Positions 1 to 10,357 of a stretch of 64,000 bases of DNA are shown here, in pieces. This stretch comes from Malacoraja senta (Eukaryota). The stretch lies in contig CM075994.1 in NCBI GenBank assembly GCA_038087875.1, forward strand, positions 4,900,001 to 4,964,000. The letters run 5' to 3'. The translations under genes were made by a program, and so were the position numbers. The notes under the pieces are model-generated. The model was not told the origin of the DNA. It ran no database searches and worked only from the letters and a program-made list of their open reading frames with translations. Position 1 is the stretch's first letter. The number at the start of each line of letters is the position of its first letter.

Positions 1-160
1 TCTGGCTTGTCCAGTCCTTTTATAATTGTATATATTTCTATAAAACCCCCCTCTCCCTTCTAAACTCCGGTGAATACAAGCCTAGTCTTTTCAATCTTTC
101 CCCATATGACAGTCCCGCCATCCCAGGTATCAATCTCGAGAAATTACGCTGCACTGCCTC
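1..160 (-). mobile_element. CR1 LINE fragment (RT C-terminal region), truncated by window edge and interrupted by the next CR1
   Basis: Closely similar to the CR1 fragment at ~63180-63324 (gcttgtccagtccttttataatt...tgaatacaagcctagtcttttcaatcttt). Confidence 0.8.
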
Positions 161-296
161 CATATAACCATATAACCATATAACCATAACAGCACGGAAA
201 CAGGCCATCTCGGCCCTTCAAGTCCGTGCCGAACATTTTTTTTTTTTTTTTTTTAATTAAAAATAAATACTTCCCCCTAGTCCCATCTACCTGCAC

Positions 297-1703
297 TCAG
301 ACCATAACCCTCCATTCATTTCCCGTCCATATACCCATCCAATCTATTTTAAAGGATAACATCGAACCTGCCTCCACCACTTCCACTGGAAGCTCATTCC
401 ACACAGCTACCACTCCCTGAGTAAAGAAGTTCCCCCTAATGTTCCCCCTAAACTTCTGTCCCTTAATTCTCAAGTCATGTCCCCTTGTTTGAATCTTCCC
501 TACTCTCAATGGGAAAAGCTTATCCACGTCCACTCTGTCTAACCCGCTCATAATTTAAAAGACCTCTATCAAGTCCCCTCTTAACCTTCTGCGCTCCAAA
601 GAATACAGACCTAACTTGTTCAACCTTTCTCTGTAACTTAGTTGCTGAAACCCAGGCAACATTCTAGTAAATCTCCTCTGTACTCTCTCTATTTTGTTGA
701 CATCCTTCCTATAATTAGGCGACCAAAACTGTACTCCATACTCCAGAATTGGCCTCACCAATGCCTTGTACAATTTTAACATTACATCCCAACTTCTATA
801 TTCAATGCTCTGATTTATAAAGGCCAGCACACCAAAAGCTTTCTTTACCACCCTATCTACATGAGATTCCACCTTCAGGGAACTATGCACAGTTATTCCT
901 AGATCCCTCTGTTCAACTGCGTTCCTCAATTCGCTACCATTTACCGTGTACGTCCTATTTTGATTTGTCCTGCCGAGATGTAGCACCTCACATTAGTCAG
1001 CATTAAACTCCATCTGCCATCTTTCAGCCCACTCTTCCAAATGGCCTAAATCTCTCTGTAGACTTTGAAAATCTACTTCATTATCCACAACACCACCTAT
1101 CTTAGTATCAACTGCATACTTACTAATCCAATTTTCCACACCATCATCCAGATCATTGATGTACATGACAAACAACAGTGGACCCAACACAGACCCCTGA
1201 GGCACCCCACTTGTCACCGGCCTCCAACCTGACAAACAGCCATCCACCATTACACTCTGGCATCTCCCATTCAGCCACTGTTGAATCCATCTTGCTACTC
1301 CACCATTAATACCCAACAATTGAATCTTCTTAACCAACCTTCCATGAGGAACCTTGTCAAAGGCCTTACTGAAGTCCATATAGACAACATCCACTGCTTT
1401 ACCCTCATCAATTTCCCTAGTAACCTCTTCGAAAAATTCAAGAAGTTTAGTCAAGCATGACCTTCCAGGCACAAATCCATGTTGACTGTTCCTAATCAGA
1501 CCCTGCTTATCCAGATGCTTATATATATTATCTTTAAGTATCCTTTCCATTAATTTGCCCACCACTGACGTCAAACTAACAGGTCTATAATTGCTAGGTT
1601 TACTCTTCGAACCCTTTTTAAACAACGGAACAACATGCGCAGTACGCCAATCCTCCGGCACTATTCCCGTTTCTAATGACATTTGAAATATTTCTGTCAT
1701 AGC
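297..1703 (-). pseudogene. CR1 ORF2 reverse transcriptase, C-terminal part (disrupted)
   Basis: ORF pieces 993-1700, 555-986 and 297-551 are in one frame and separated by stops. The catalytic (F/Y)ADD reads YAVD. Confidence 0.9.
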
Positions 1704-1904
1704 TGTAGATCAGTGCATGTTCCTTTAACAGTGACCTCACCACTACTAACCACTCCCCATTGTCTCTCCTATAATGGTAAGGTTCCCACCTCCAGCCCTC
1801 TCTCTAGCTTCAGTGATGAACACGGACAGCTATTGCATGGTGTGTGTTAGTGATTTAATAAACCATCAGTAAAAGACTCTGTGTAGGAACCAAGTCATTT
1901 TACA
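1704..1904 (+). repeat. 5' LTR (201 bp)
   Basis: TGTAGATC...TTTTACA, contains AATAAA. Differs from the 3' LTR by 4 substitutions and one 2-bp indel (counted by eye). Confidence 0.97.
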
Positions 1905-1920
1905 TGGTGTCGAAGTGGTA
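1905..1920 (+). promoter_or_regulatory. Primer binding site
   Basis: TGGTGTCGAAGTGG immediately follows the 5' LTR. TGG is complementary to the tRNA 3' CCA. Resembles the tRNA-Leu-type PBS TGGTGTCAGAAGTGG (tRNA identity inferred). Confidence 0.8.
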
Positions 1921-2000
1921 GACCCGCGTCTCCTGTTTATCGGTTTTTCTTTTTATTCTTTGCTTTCTCCCAGTTGTTCACGTCTCCCCCCGTTTTCATT

Positions 2001-2813
2001 ATGTCCAATTCCTGTCGTCGACCCGACATATTGGTCTTTGACACGGACATTGTCCATCGCTGGACTGTGTTCCAGCGCGACTTTGAACATTACACAGCCA
2101 TCGCTCATCCTAATGCCACCCCTGCTGTGCAGGCTCACCTGCTGCTCAACCTCGCTGGCCCGGAGGCCATGGATCACTATGCTTCATTCGACTTCGCCCC
2201 CGGAGAAGACCGTCGGGACCCGGTATGTTTCATTGATAAATTCACTGCCCTCTGTGATTTCCCTACCAATAACATTATTCAACGCTTTAAATTCTTCCAG
2301 AGGCGGCAGAATCCCGGCGAGCATATTGACGCTTTTATTGCCTCTTTGCGTCATATGGCTCGGCGCTGTCGCCTTGAAACAATCTCCACGGACGAATTGA
2401 TCAGGGATGTCCTCGTCAATGGTCTCCTGAACGCTAAGCTGCGTGACGAGCTGCTTATGAAACCTGATTTGACACTAAGGGAGGCTATGTATTCCGCTCG
2501 TATGGCCTCTGCTGTTAGCTCCCTGTCTCAACCGGTGTCCCAGGACATTAACTTTACCGGTGCAGCTGGCTGCCGGCGGAACGCTGGTCCGCCACGACGA
2601 AACCCCGCCGCAATGCCCGCTAAGGTCACCCCACGCCGTTGCCCCAATTGTAATTTTTCTTTCCACCAATTCAACGTTTGCCCCGCGCAGGGTGGGACTT
2701 GTAATTCCTGTGGCAAACTGAACCACTTTTCGGCGGCTTGTCGGTCCCGTGATAAGCCGCTCCCTGCTCCAAGGAGGAATTTGAACATCCTTGCAGACCC
2801 AGTCGGACTTTGA
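2001..2813 (+). CDS. gag: Gag-like capsid/nucleocapsid protein
   Basis: Open frame 1974-2813 with first ATG at 2001. FFQRRQNPGE and LIRDVLV motifs. Two zinc knuckles (CPNC..H..C and CNSCGKLNHFSAAC). Confidence 0.92.
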   Translation: MSNSCRRPDILVFDTDIVHRWTVFQRDFEHYTAIAHPNATPAVQAHLLLNLAGPEAMDHYASFDFAPGEDRRDPVCFIDKFTALCDFPTNNIIQRFKFFQRRQNPGEHIDAFIASLRHMARRCRLETISTDELIRDVLVNGLLNAKLRDELLMKPDLTLREAMYSARMASAVSSLSQPVSQDINFTGAAGCRRNAGPPRRNPAAMPAKVTPRRCPNCNFSFHQFNVCPAQGGTCNSCGKLNHFSAACRSRDKPLPAPRRNLNILADPVGL

Positions 2814-5800
2814 TAGGAGCTCCTCCCATGGTGATTCAACGGTGTTTTTGCTTTTGGGTGCACCTGCTACGATAACAGATCCCTCTGTGCATGTTACTGT
2901 TAATAGTCATTCATTCTCTGCCAAGGTCGATACTGGTGCCTTTTCAAATGTTATGTCTATCAGCCTTTTCAAGCGGATAAGATCTGGGGAGATAGTTACT
3001 CCCGATGACACCCGCCTTCATGTCTATGGGGGAGGAGTTCTAGTTCCAGTGGGGAAGGCCACGCTTATCTGCACAGTCCTTGAGACCTCTCGGCCCCTCA
3101 CCTTCCACCTGCTGGATTCTGACAACGTCACCCTGCTGGGCGCCTGTGCGTGCCAGGACCTTGGCTTGGTTTCTTTCCACCGCGGAATTCACCTGGTGCA
3201 GGCCCCCATGGACCCACTCGGCGAATACCCCGACCGTTTTGATGACATTTTGGGCAAATTGCCCTGTGACTATAAAATCGTTGTCGACCCGAGTGTCGAC
3301 CCGGTGGTTCGACCGGCCCACCGCGTCTCCTTCGCTATGAAGGGCCGCGTGGAATCTACTCTGCGTGATATGGTGACCATTGGCATCCTCAAGGAGGTGA
3401 GCGCTCCCACCAGGTGGGTCTCAAACATGGTTGTCGCTGCCAAGAAGGATAAGAGCGAGATCCGGATCTGCATTAATCCGAAGGACCTGAACCTGGCCAT
3501 CAAGCGCCCGCACTACCCCATGCGGACGGTGGAGGACGTCGCTGCACAGGTCGGTCCTGCCACTGTCTTCTCTGTCTTAGACGCCAAAAGCTCATTCTGG
3601 CAGATCCCTTTAGATGAACGTTCCTCATTCCTGACCACCTTCATCACACCTTTCGGCAGGTTCCGTTTCCTCCGTATGCCGTTTGGGATCAACTCGGCTA
3701 GTGAGGTTTTCCAGCGCACCATGGAACAGCTGTTCGCTGGGTTGCCGTGCGCTATCATCGTGGATGACATCCTGGTGTACGGGAGGAACGTCGCTGAGCA
3801 CGACCTGCACCTCCGCAAAGTCCTGGACAGGGCTCGTAAAATCAATCTCAAGCTCAACCCCAAGAAGTGTCGGTTCCGGGTCCCGAAAGTCACTTACGTT
3901 GGTCACGTTTTCACGGCAGGGGGTTTAAAGCCTGACCCCCAGAAAACATCAGCAGTCACCGAGATGCCCGCTCCTACTGACGTTCCAGGCCTGCAGCGCT
4001 TCCTTGGCCTGGTCAATTACCTGGGGAAGTTCGTACCTGACCTCAGCGAACTGAGTGCTCCCCTGAGGGAGCTGATCAAAAAGGACTCCGCATGGATCTG
4101 GCTCCCGCATCACCAGTTGGCGTTCGTGGCTCTGAAGTCCAAGCTCACACACACACCGACTCTCAAGTTCTTCGATCTTCACAGACCAATTGTCCTCACT
4201 TGTGATGCCTCTATGTTCGGTCTCGGTGCCGCATGTCTGCACCTTTATGACGGCCTGCAGCTACCTGTCTCCTACGCTTCTCGCACCATGACCCCTGCCG
4301 AGCAACGTTATGCACAGATCGAGAAGGAGCTACTTACCGTGGTGTTCGCCTGCTCCAAGTTTAGGGATTACATTCTGGGCAACACATTCACCATTGAGAC
4401 TGACCACCAGCCACTGGTCACTATTCTGAATAAGCCTATCCATGTCGCCTCTTCCCGGTTGCAGCGGATGATGCTGCAGCTCCAGCGTTTCACGTTCCGG
4501 ATTGTGTACCGCAAGGGCAAAGATATGTTTGTGGCCGACACATTGTCCCGTGCGCCGCTCCCTTCAGTTGCCCGCCACCCGTACGAATCCTCTGACCTGA
4601 TGGTACTGAATGTTAACATTGTTCCATCCCAGCAGATGCAGTCCCTGGTCAAACACACTGCTGATGATCCTGCCCTGCAAGAACTTGCGGACGTTATCCG
4701 CCGTGGTTGGCCTGACCGACGCTCTTCCCTGCCGGCTGGTGCCCTCCCCTACTTCCTGATTCGTGATGAACTAGTGCTACATGACGGCGTGGTGGTGAAG
4801 GGTCACAAGGTCGTGGTGCCGGCCGCTCTGCGGGATCACTATTTTCAAACTGCACACAATGGCCACCCCGGGGTGGAGGCCACTTTGTCCCAGGCCCAGA
4901 GCCAATTCTACTGGCCAGGCATGGCTCAGGACATCCGTGATAGGGTCTCCGTTTGCGCTGCCTGTAACAGTCTCCTGCCTCATCAGCAGCGCCAGCCCCT
5001 CCTGCAGCAGCCGGCCCCCGAGCTACCGTGGATGTATATTGCCACGGACCTTTTCGAATGGGGTGGCAAGCATTTCCTGGTCCTGGTGGTCTCATACTCC
5101 AGTTGGTTTGAGGTGGATCAGCTGCCTTCCATCACCTCTGCCGCCGTCATCGGGAAGCTTCGCCAACACTTTTGCACCCATGGACCCCCGGTGACCCTCC
5201 AATCGGACAACGGCAGCCAGTTCTCCAGCGCCGAGTTCCGTGCCTTTGCTGCCCGTTGGAACTTTCGTCACATCACCAGCAGCCCTGAGTATCCGCAGAG
5301 CAACGGCCTTGCGGAAAGCGCCGTCCGCAGTGCCAAGGAGCTGCTAGAACACTGCCGCCTTTCACATTCCAACTTCTACCTTGCCCTCCTCAACCTCCGC
5401 AACATTTCCCGCGACCCCGCGCTCGGTTCACCTGCCCAACGCCTCATGTCCCGCACCACTAGACCACCTCTCCCTGTCTCGCAACAGTCTCTCAAACCCT
5501 CAGTCCAGAACCCTGCTGCTGTCACAGAGCGCATCATCGAGAAGAAAGCCATCCAGAAGCGCTCCTTTGACAAGTCGGCCCGGCCGCTTCCTTGCCTGTT
5601 CCCGGGCCAGGTGGTTCGGATGCAGTCCCCCTCCGGGCACTACAGGCTGGCCGTAGTGGTTGGTAATGCCGGCTCTCCCCGGTCATACCTCGTCGACTAT
5701 GAGGGCGCTATCTACCGTCGGTCACGCCAGCACCTCCTGCTCGTCAACGAGCCTCCTCCGCCTCCCGCGGACCGGTTTCAGCCACCTATCCCTTCCATTC

Positions 5801-6084
5801 TGCCCGAGGCTCCGCCAGCCCCTGTCACTCCTCGCATGTCGCGGAAACTGCCCTCCCAGCTCTCTATGCCCCACGCTCACAATCCTCTTTCCCCTGCCTT
5901 GCCTGCCAGCGTGCCCGTTTCGCCTCGCTGTACTCCTCCGTCTCCAGTTCGTTCCCCGCGCGGTTCTCCCACCTCTTTCCCTGACTCTGTCCCTTCTGCT
6001 CCTGCGGTTGAGGGGGAATGCGGGTTGCGCACCCGCTATGGCCGGTTGGTCAAGTCGCCTGTCCGTTACGGGGAGCTCGCTTAG
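2791..6084 (+). CDS. pol: Pol polyprotein (aspartic protease, RT, RNase H, integrase); probably translated as a Gag-Pol fusion
   Basis: 1097-codon open frame. Protease VDTGA; RT LDAKSSFWQ, RMPFG, IVDDILV; RNase H CDAS, EKE, TDHQPL; integrase HHCC, TDLF, SDNG, SNGLAE; C-terminal TRYGRLVKSPVRY. Confidence 0.95.
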   Translation: MQTQSDFDRSSSHGDSTVFLLLGAPATITDPSVHVTVNSHSFSAKVDTGAFSNVMSISLFKRIRSGEIVTPDDTRLHVYGGGVLVPVGKATLICTVLETSRPLTFHLLDSDNVTLLGACACQDLGLVSFHRGIHLVQAPMDPLGEYPDRFDDILGKLPCDYKIVVDPSVDPVVRPAHRVSFAMKGRVESTLRDMVTIGILKEVSAPTRWVSNMVVAAKKDKSEIRICINPKDLNLAIKRPHYPMRTVEDVAAQVGPATVFSVLDAKSSFWQIPLDERSSFLTTFITPFGRFRFLRMPFGINSASEVFQRTMEQLFAGLPCAIIVDDILVYGRNVAEHDLHLRKVLDRARKINLKLNPKKCRFRVPKVTYVGHVFTAGGLKPDPQKTSAVTEMPAPTDVPGLQRFLGLVNYLGKFVPDLSELSAPLRELIKKDSAWIWLPHHQLAFVALKSKLTHTPTLKFFDLHRPIVLTCDASMFGLGAACLHLYDGLQLPVSYASRTMTPAEQRYAQIEKELLTVVFACSKFRDYILGNTFTIETDHQPLVTILNKPIHVASSRLQRMMLQLQRFTFRIVYRKGKDMFVADTLSRAPLPSVARHPYESSDLMVLNVNIVPSQQMQSLVKHTADDPALQELADVIRRGWPDRRSSLPAGALPYFLIRDELVLHDGVVVKGHKVVVPAALRDHYFQTAHNGHPGVEATLSQAQSQFYWPGMAQDIRDRVSVCAACNSLLPHQQRQPLLQQPAPELPWMYIATDLFEWGGKHFLVLVVSYSSWFEVDQLPSITSAAVIGKLRQHFCTHGPPVTLQSDNGSQFSSAEFRAFAARWNFRHITSSPEYPQSNGLAESAVRSAKELLEHCRLSHSNFYLALLNLRNISRDPALGSPAQRLMSRTTRPPLPVSQQSLKPSVQNPAAVTERIIEKKAIQKRSFDKSARPLPCLFPGQVVRMQSPSGHYRLAVVVGNAGSPRSYLVDYEGAIYRRSRQHLLLVNEPPPPPADRFQPPIPSILPEAPPAPVTPRMSRKLPSQLSMPHAHNPLSPALPASVPVSPRCTPPSPVRSPRGSPTSFPDSVPSAPAVEGECGLRTRYGRLVKSPVRYGELA

Positions 6085-6177
6085 CTGTGCTATGACACGA
6101 TTAACTGTTCCCAGCGCGGTTTGTAATCCTAGCGTATGAGCCGTAGTCGCTCTGTGTATTGCCATGTTTTTGTGTCC

Positions 6178-6188
6178 AAGAGGAGGGA
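6178..6188 (+). promoter_or_regulatory. Polypurine tract
   Basis: AAGAGGAGGGA directly abuts the 3' LTR. Confidence 0.9.
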
Positions 6189-6391
6189 TGTAGATCAGTG
6201 CATGTTCCTTTAACTTAGTGACCTCACCACTACTAACCACTCCCCATTGTCTCTCCTATAATTGTAAGGTTCCCACCTCCAGCCCTCTCTCTAGCTCCAG
6301 TGATGACCACGGACAGCTATTGCATGGTGTGTGTTAGTGATTTAATAAACCATCAGTAAAAGACTCTGTGTATGAACCAAGTCATTTTACA
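6189..6391 (+). repeat. 3' LTR (203 bp)
   Basis: Direct repeat of 1704-1904, followed by the TSD ATAGC. Confidence 0.97.
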
Positions 6392-7100
6392 ATAGCCCCT
6401 GCTATTTCTACACTAACTTCCCTCAATGTCCTAGGGAATATCCTGTCAGGACCTGGAGACTTATCCGTTTTCATATTTTTCAAAAGTGTCCGCACCTCCT
6501 CTTCTTTGAATCTCACAGTTTTCATTGCTACTCTGCTCGTTTCCCTTACCTCACATAATTCCATATCCTTCTCCTTCGTGAATACCGAAGAAAAGAAATT
6601 GTTCAATATCTCCCCCATCTCTTTTGGCTCTGCAGATAGCTGTCCACTCTGACTCTCTAATGGACCGATTTTATTCCTTGTTATCCTTTTGCTGTTAATA
6701 TAGCTGTAGAAACCCTTTGGATTTACTTTCACCTTAGTTGCCAAAGCAACCTCATATCTTCTTTTAGCTTTTCTAATTTCTTTCTTAATATTCTTTTTAC
6801 ATTCTTTATACTCCTCAAGCACCTCATTTACTCCATGCTGCCTATAATTATTGTAGATCTCCCTCTTGCCCCTCCAATTCTATCACCCCTGAAGCAACGA
6901 AATCCTGGAATATTTATTTGCCAATCACAGCCCTCATGCAACCACGTTTCACTGATCGCCATAACATCATACTTCCAGGTGTCAATCCAGGCTCTAAGCT
7001 CAACCACCTTTCTTACAATGCTCCTCGCATTAAAATATACACATTTAAGAAACCCACCACCACTTATTCTCTGTTTATTATCTTTTTCTTCTTTCTCCCC
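6392..7100 (-). pseudogene. CR1 ORF2 N-terminal part (APE endonuclease with large internal deletion, plus linker)
   Basis: LKCVYFNARS...ISETW...DRIGGARG jumps directly, with a frame change, to KREIY...EEYKECKK...NPKGFYSY...KSPGPD. Confidence 0.85.
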
Positions 7101-7191
7101 TACATTTTGGTTCCGAGTGCTTCCCTCTCTGCCTCCTGCCTCCAACATTTTCCACTAGCTTTCTCTATTTGAGTCCCTCCCCCCAACCGTT

Positions 7192-8125
7192 CTAGTTTAA
7201 AATCTCCCCAGTAGCCTTTGCAAATCTCCCCGCCAGGATATTGGTCCCCCTCGGGTTCAAGTGCAACCCGTCCTTTCTGTACAGGTCACACCTTCCCCAA
7301 AAGAGGTCCCAATGATACAGAAATTTGAATCCCTGCCCGCTGCACCAGTTCTTCAGCCACGCATTTATCCTCCACCTCACTCCATTCATACTCTCACCGT
7401 CGCGTGGCACAGGTAGTAATCCTGAGATTGTTACCTTTGTAGTCCTTCTCCTTAACTCTCCTCCCAACTCCCTAAATTCTCCTTTCAAGACCTCTTCTCT
7501 TTTCTACCTATGTCATTGGTACCTATATGTACCACAACCTCAGGCTCCTCTCCCTCCTATTTCAGGATATCGTGGACGCGTTCAGACACATCCCTGACCC
7601 TGGCACCAGGGAGGCAAACTACCATTCGGGTCTCCTGACTGCGTCCACAGAATCGCCTATCCGACCCCCTAACCATAGAGACCCCTATTACTATTGCCCT
7701 CCTCTTCTTTTCCCTAACCTTCTGAGCAATAGGGCTGGTCTCTGTGCCGGAGGCCCTGCCGCTGTTGCTACCCGCAGGAAGGATGTCCCCCTCAACAGTA
7801 CTCAAACAGGAGTACTTATTTTCAAGGTGTACAGCCACCGGGGTACTCACTAGTCCCTGCCTCTGCCCCTTGCCCTTCCTAATCGTGACCCACTTGTCTG
7901 CCTCCCGTGGTCTTGGAGTGGCCACCTCCCTATAACTCTTTTCTATGACCTCCTCACTCTCCTGATCAGACAGAGGTCATCGAGCTGCCGCTCCAGGTTC
8001 CTAACACAGTCCCTTAGGAACCCCATCTCTGCGCACCTGACACAGTTGTGAACGTCTGGAGGGGTATCAGACTCCATGACCTCCCACATCTGACATCCAG
8101 AACAGTAAACTGCCCTGGCCCTCAT
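7192..8125 (-). pseudogene. CR1 ORF1 (N-terminal Cys motif/coiled coil plus SGNH esterase domain), disrupted
   Basis: CSGC...CVRC; AIVIGVSMVRG (GDS motif altered), CLPGARVRDV, HIGTND, DGLHLN; broken by stops and frameshifts. Confidence 0.88.
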
Positions 8126-8649
8126 ACTCCCCCCTTACCCTGGATACAATACAAAACTGGTGGAGGAAATCAGCAGGGATCTGACTCCCAATCAGCTGCT
8201 TTCTCTTTGTCCTCTTCCACCAATCAGCTGCTTTCTCTTGGTCCTCTTCCACCAATCAGTGGCTTCCTCACTTATAGGAAATTTGAAAGGAACGTTGCAG
8301 TTTTGGTACTTCTGCAACGGTCCCTGGGCGTCTGGAAAGCAAAGCCTCGCGCCGTTTATCTACTCACCACCCGGACGCTGCTCCTCCTTCTGCAACGGTC
8401 CCTGGGCGTCTGGAAAGCAAAGCCCCAATCACAAGGATGTCCTTCCTCAAATTCGGAGAACAAAACAGGACACAATACACCAGATATGGTCTCACCAGAG
8501 CCCTGTACAACTGCAGAAGGACCTTTTTACTCCTTTACTGAAATCCTCTTGTTATTAAGGCGAACAACCCATTAGCTATCTTCAGACAAATAAAATAATG
8601 GCTATAAGCGAGTTCGCTATTTCGACTGCGAATGCTCAGGCCATAGGTC

Positions 8650-9800
8650 ACTCGCTGTAAACATTCTCCGCAGCTCTGATGCTGGGTTGTGTGCAGTCCT
8701 GCGTTTCGTCCGTGGTGGGGGTCGGTCCCGGTTCTCCAGCGTTGCGGGAGCTGTTGAGTTGCTGTCCCGTCCCTTCCCGGGTGTTCCGTCCTTGTCCGAT
8801 GTTTCTGGGATGGCCCTGGGCTGGCGGGGCAGGTGGTGGCCCCTGACTTGCATCTGGCGCGGTGGGGGATGGTTGGCACCGGATCGGCTTTGCTCCAGCT
8901 CCCGGGGGGCGCGATCCCCGCAGGACCTGGGACCAACGGCTGCGCCTCTGGCGTTGCCCAGTGGCTGTCGTTTGGCCCCATCGGCGCCGGCGGGGGCCGA
9001 GCGCCGTTCATCGGCGGGGATGCACAAGGGGTCCTGCAGTGTCTTGGCGGGTAAGGCAACATCTCTGGAGAAATGCTTGAACCAAAACGTCAACCATTCC
9101 GTTACTCCGGGGATGCAGCCTGTCCCGCTGAGCTGCTGCAGCGTTTTGTGTGTGCCCTGTTGATAGCTGGTTCTCGGCTTTCGCCTGCGCCGGATAGAGT
9201 TGGCCGGCGGCCAATATGTGGGGCGGCGTGAGCGGCTGGAGGACCCTGATCCGTCGGGGAGCGGGTTCCTCGTGAGTTGGAGCGGCGTTGGGCAAGATTT
9301 GGCGCTTCTTTTCCGCGCTGGCTTCGGGCCTGTGACCGCCTCTCATCCGGGCCGCTGTCTCGTAGGTCCGCGGCTGTTGGTTGGCCCGGCGTGGAAGACG
9401 AAGTTGAGCTGGGGTTCATACTTCTTCTCTACGTAGGCTGTGGTCCGTCGCTCCTCCGGGCCGCTGCATCGCCGCTCCGGGGCGGTCGATTGGACCGGTG
9501 GGACAGGCGCTGTGGTTGGCGCTTCTCCACGCTGTCTGTGTGCTTGTGGGCCTCGCTCCTACGGCCTGCTGTCCTGTCGGTCCGCACATTTCCGGACGCC
9601 CACCCGGGCGTGGATGGAACATTTACGGGGGGGGGGGGCGGGGGTGGGCGGTTGTAAGGGGACGGTCCAGTGGCGGTTCCGTACCGCTTGCGGCGCCGGG
9701 GACTCGAGTTCGATCCTGGCTGCGGATGATGCGCGGGTCTGTATGCATGCAGCTGCCGAGAATGTCTCAACGCCGGTCAAGTCCCCCCCTCTCTGTCTCC
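8650..9800. promoter_or_regulatory. CpG-island-like GC-rich segment
   Basis: Dense CpG and high GC against AT-rich flanks. Overlapping low-information ORFs in many frames. No recognisable protein. Confidence 0.5.
9655..9780 (+). mobile_element. Degenerate tRNA-derived SINE head
   Basis: B-box GAGTTCGATCC in a context (gcggcgccggggactcgagttcgatcctggctgcgg) matching the SINE at 27790-28077. Confidence 0.5.
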
Positions 9801-10221
9801 CACTCGCATCTTCCCCTCTATCTCGTTGTTTCACCCTTCTCTCCCGCTACGTGGCACAACCGTTCCTCAGTTCAAATATATTATTACACATCAATAATCA
9901 ACACAGATAAGAATATGTACACAGTTTATACATTCAGTGCTTCGTTCGCTTTTTCTTTACAGCAAGTAACATTTGGCAAATACCATGTTCCCTTTGGTTT
10001 TTCGGATTACCGAACTCGCTTATTCAGGGTTTTTAACCGCGATAATATGAATGTTTGATCGAATCAATATTAGTCTGTCTATATCCTCTCCAATGTGATG
10101 TCAGTTTGCTTAAAACCTGTTAGTTTAGTGTCGCTCTCTTTGTTAACGTGAACGAAATTTCCTCGCCCCATCAGCTGTGCAGTGGTTTAATGATTTGATT
10201 CCCTGGAAGCTAACGAGATAG

Positions 10222-10357
10222 TGGGGTGGAAGATTGCAACTTTCACGTGGTCCGCCCTGTCTCTACGAATGCAATCAACCCAGCGTGCACAATCAAAAAA
10301 CATCAAATAGAACAAGTTGTCCTACAAGTTTAGGTTGTGCACGCCATACGCAAGAAG
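10222..10357 (+). mobile_element. Short interspersed repeat (~135 bp), inverted homologue of 14050-14191
   Basis: ggggtggaagattgcaactttcacgtggtccg...tgcacgccatacgcaagaag is the reverse complement of 14050-14191, where a (GAA)-like tail is seen. Confidence 0.75.

Larger units (their letters stand above)
1704..6391 (+). mobile_element. Ty3/Gypsy LTR retrotransposon (Mag-like), full length
   Basis: TG...CA LTRs at 1704-1904 and 6189-6391. 5-bp TSD ATAGC at 1699-1703 and 6392-6396. PBS and PPT present. Domain order gag-PR-RT-RH-IN. Confidence 0.97.
161..8425 (-). mobile_element. Near full-length CR1 LINE (5'UTR, ORF1, ORF2, 3'UTR, octamer tail), split by the Gypsy insertion at 1704-6391; 5' boundary approximate
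   Basis: 3' tail reads (CATATAAC)n on + from 161. RT motifs YRPVSLTS, QHGF, DFSKAFD, GVPQGSVLGP. EN start (YFNARS, ISETW). ORF1 with SGNH esterase motifs. Removing the Gypsy and one TSD rejoins ORF2 as EIAGA-MTEIF. Confidence 0.92.

Noticed and set aside
1915..6240. Alternative-frame and antisense ORFs within the Gypsy element, including a possible env
   Set aside because: Shadows of the GC-rich gag/pol. Only ~100 bp separate the pol stop from the 3' LTR, leaving no room for env.
8535..10058. Many 100-186-aa Pro/Arg/Gly-rich ORFs
   Set aside because: Expected stop-codon scarcity in GC-rich DNA; no domain motifs.
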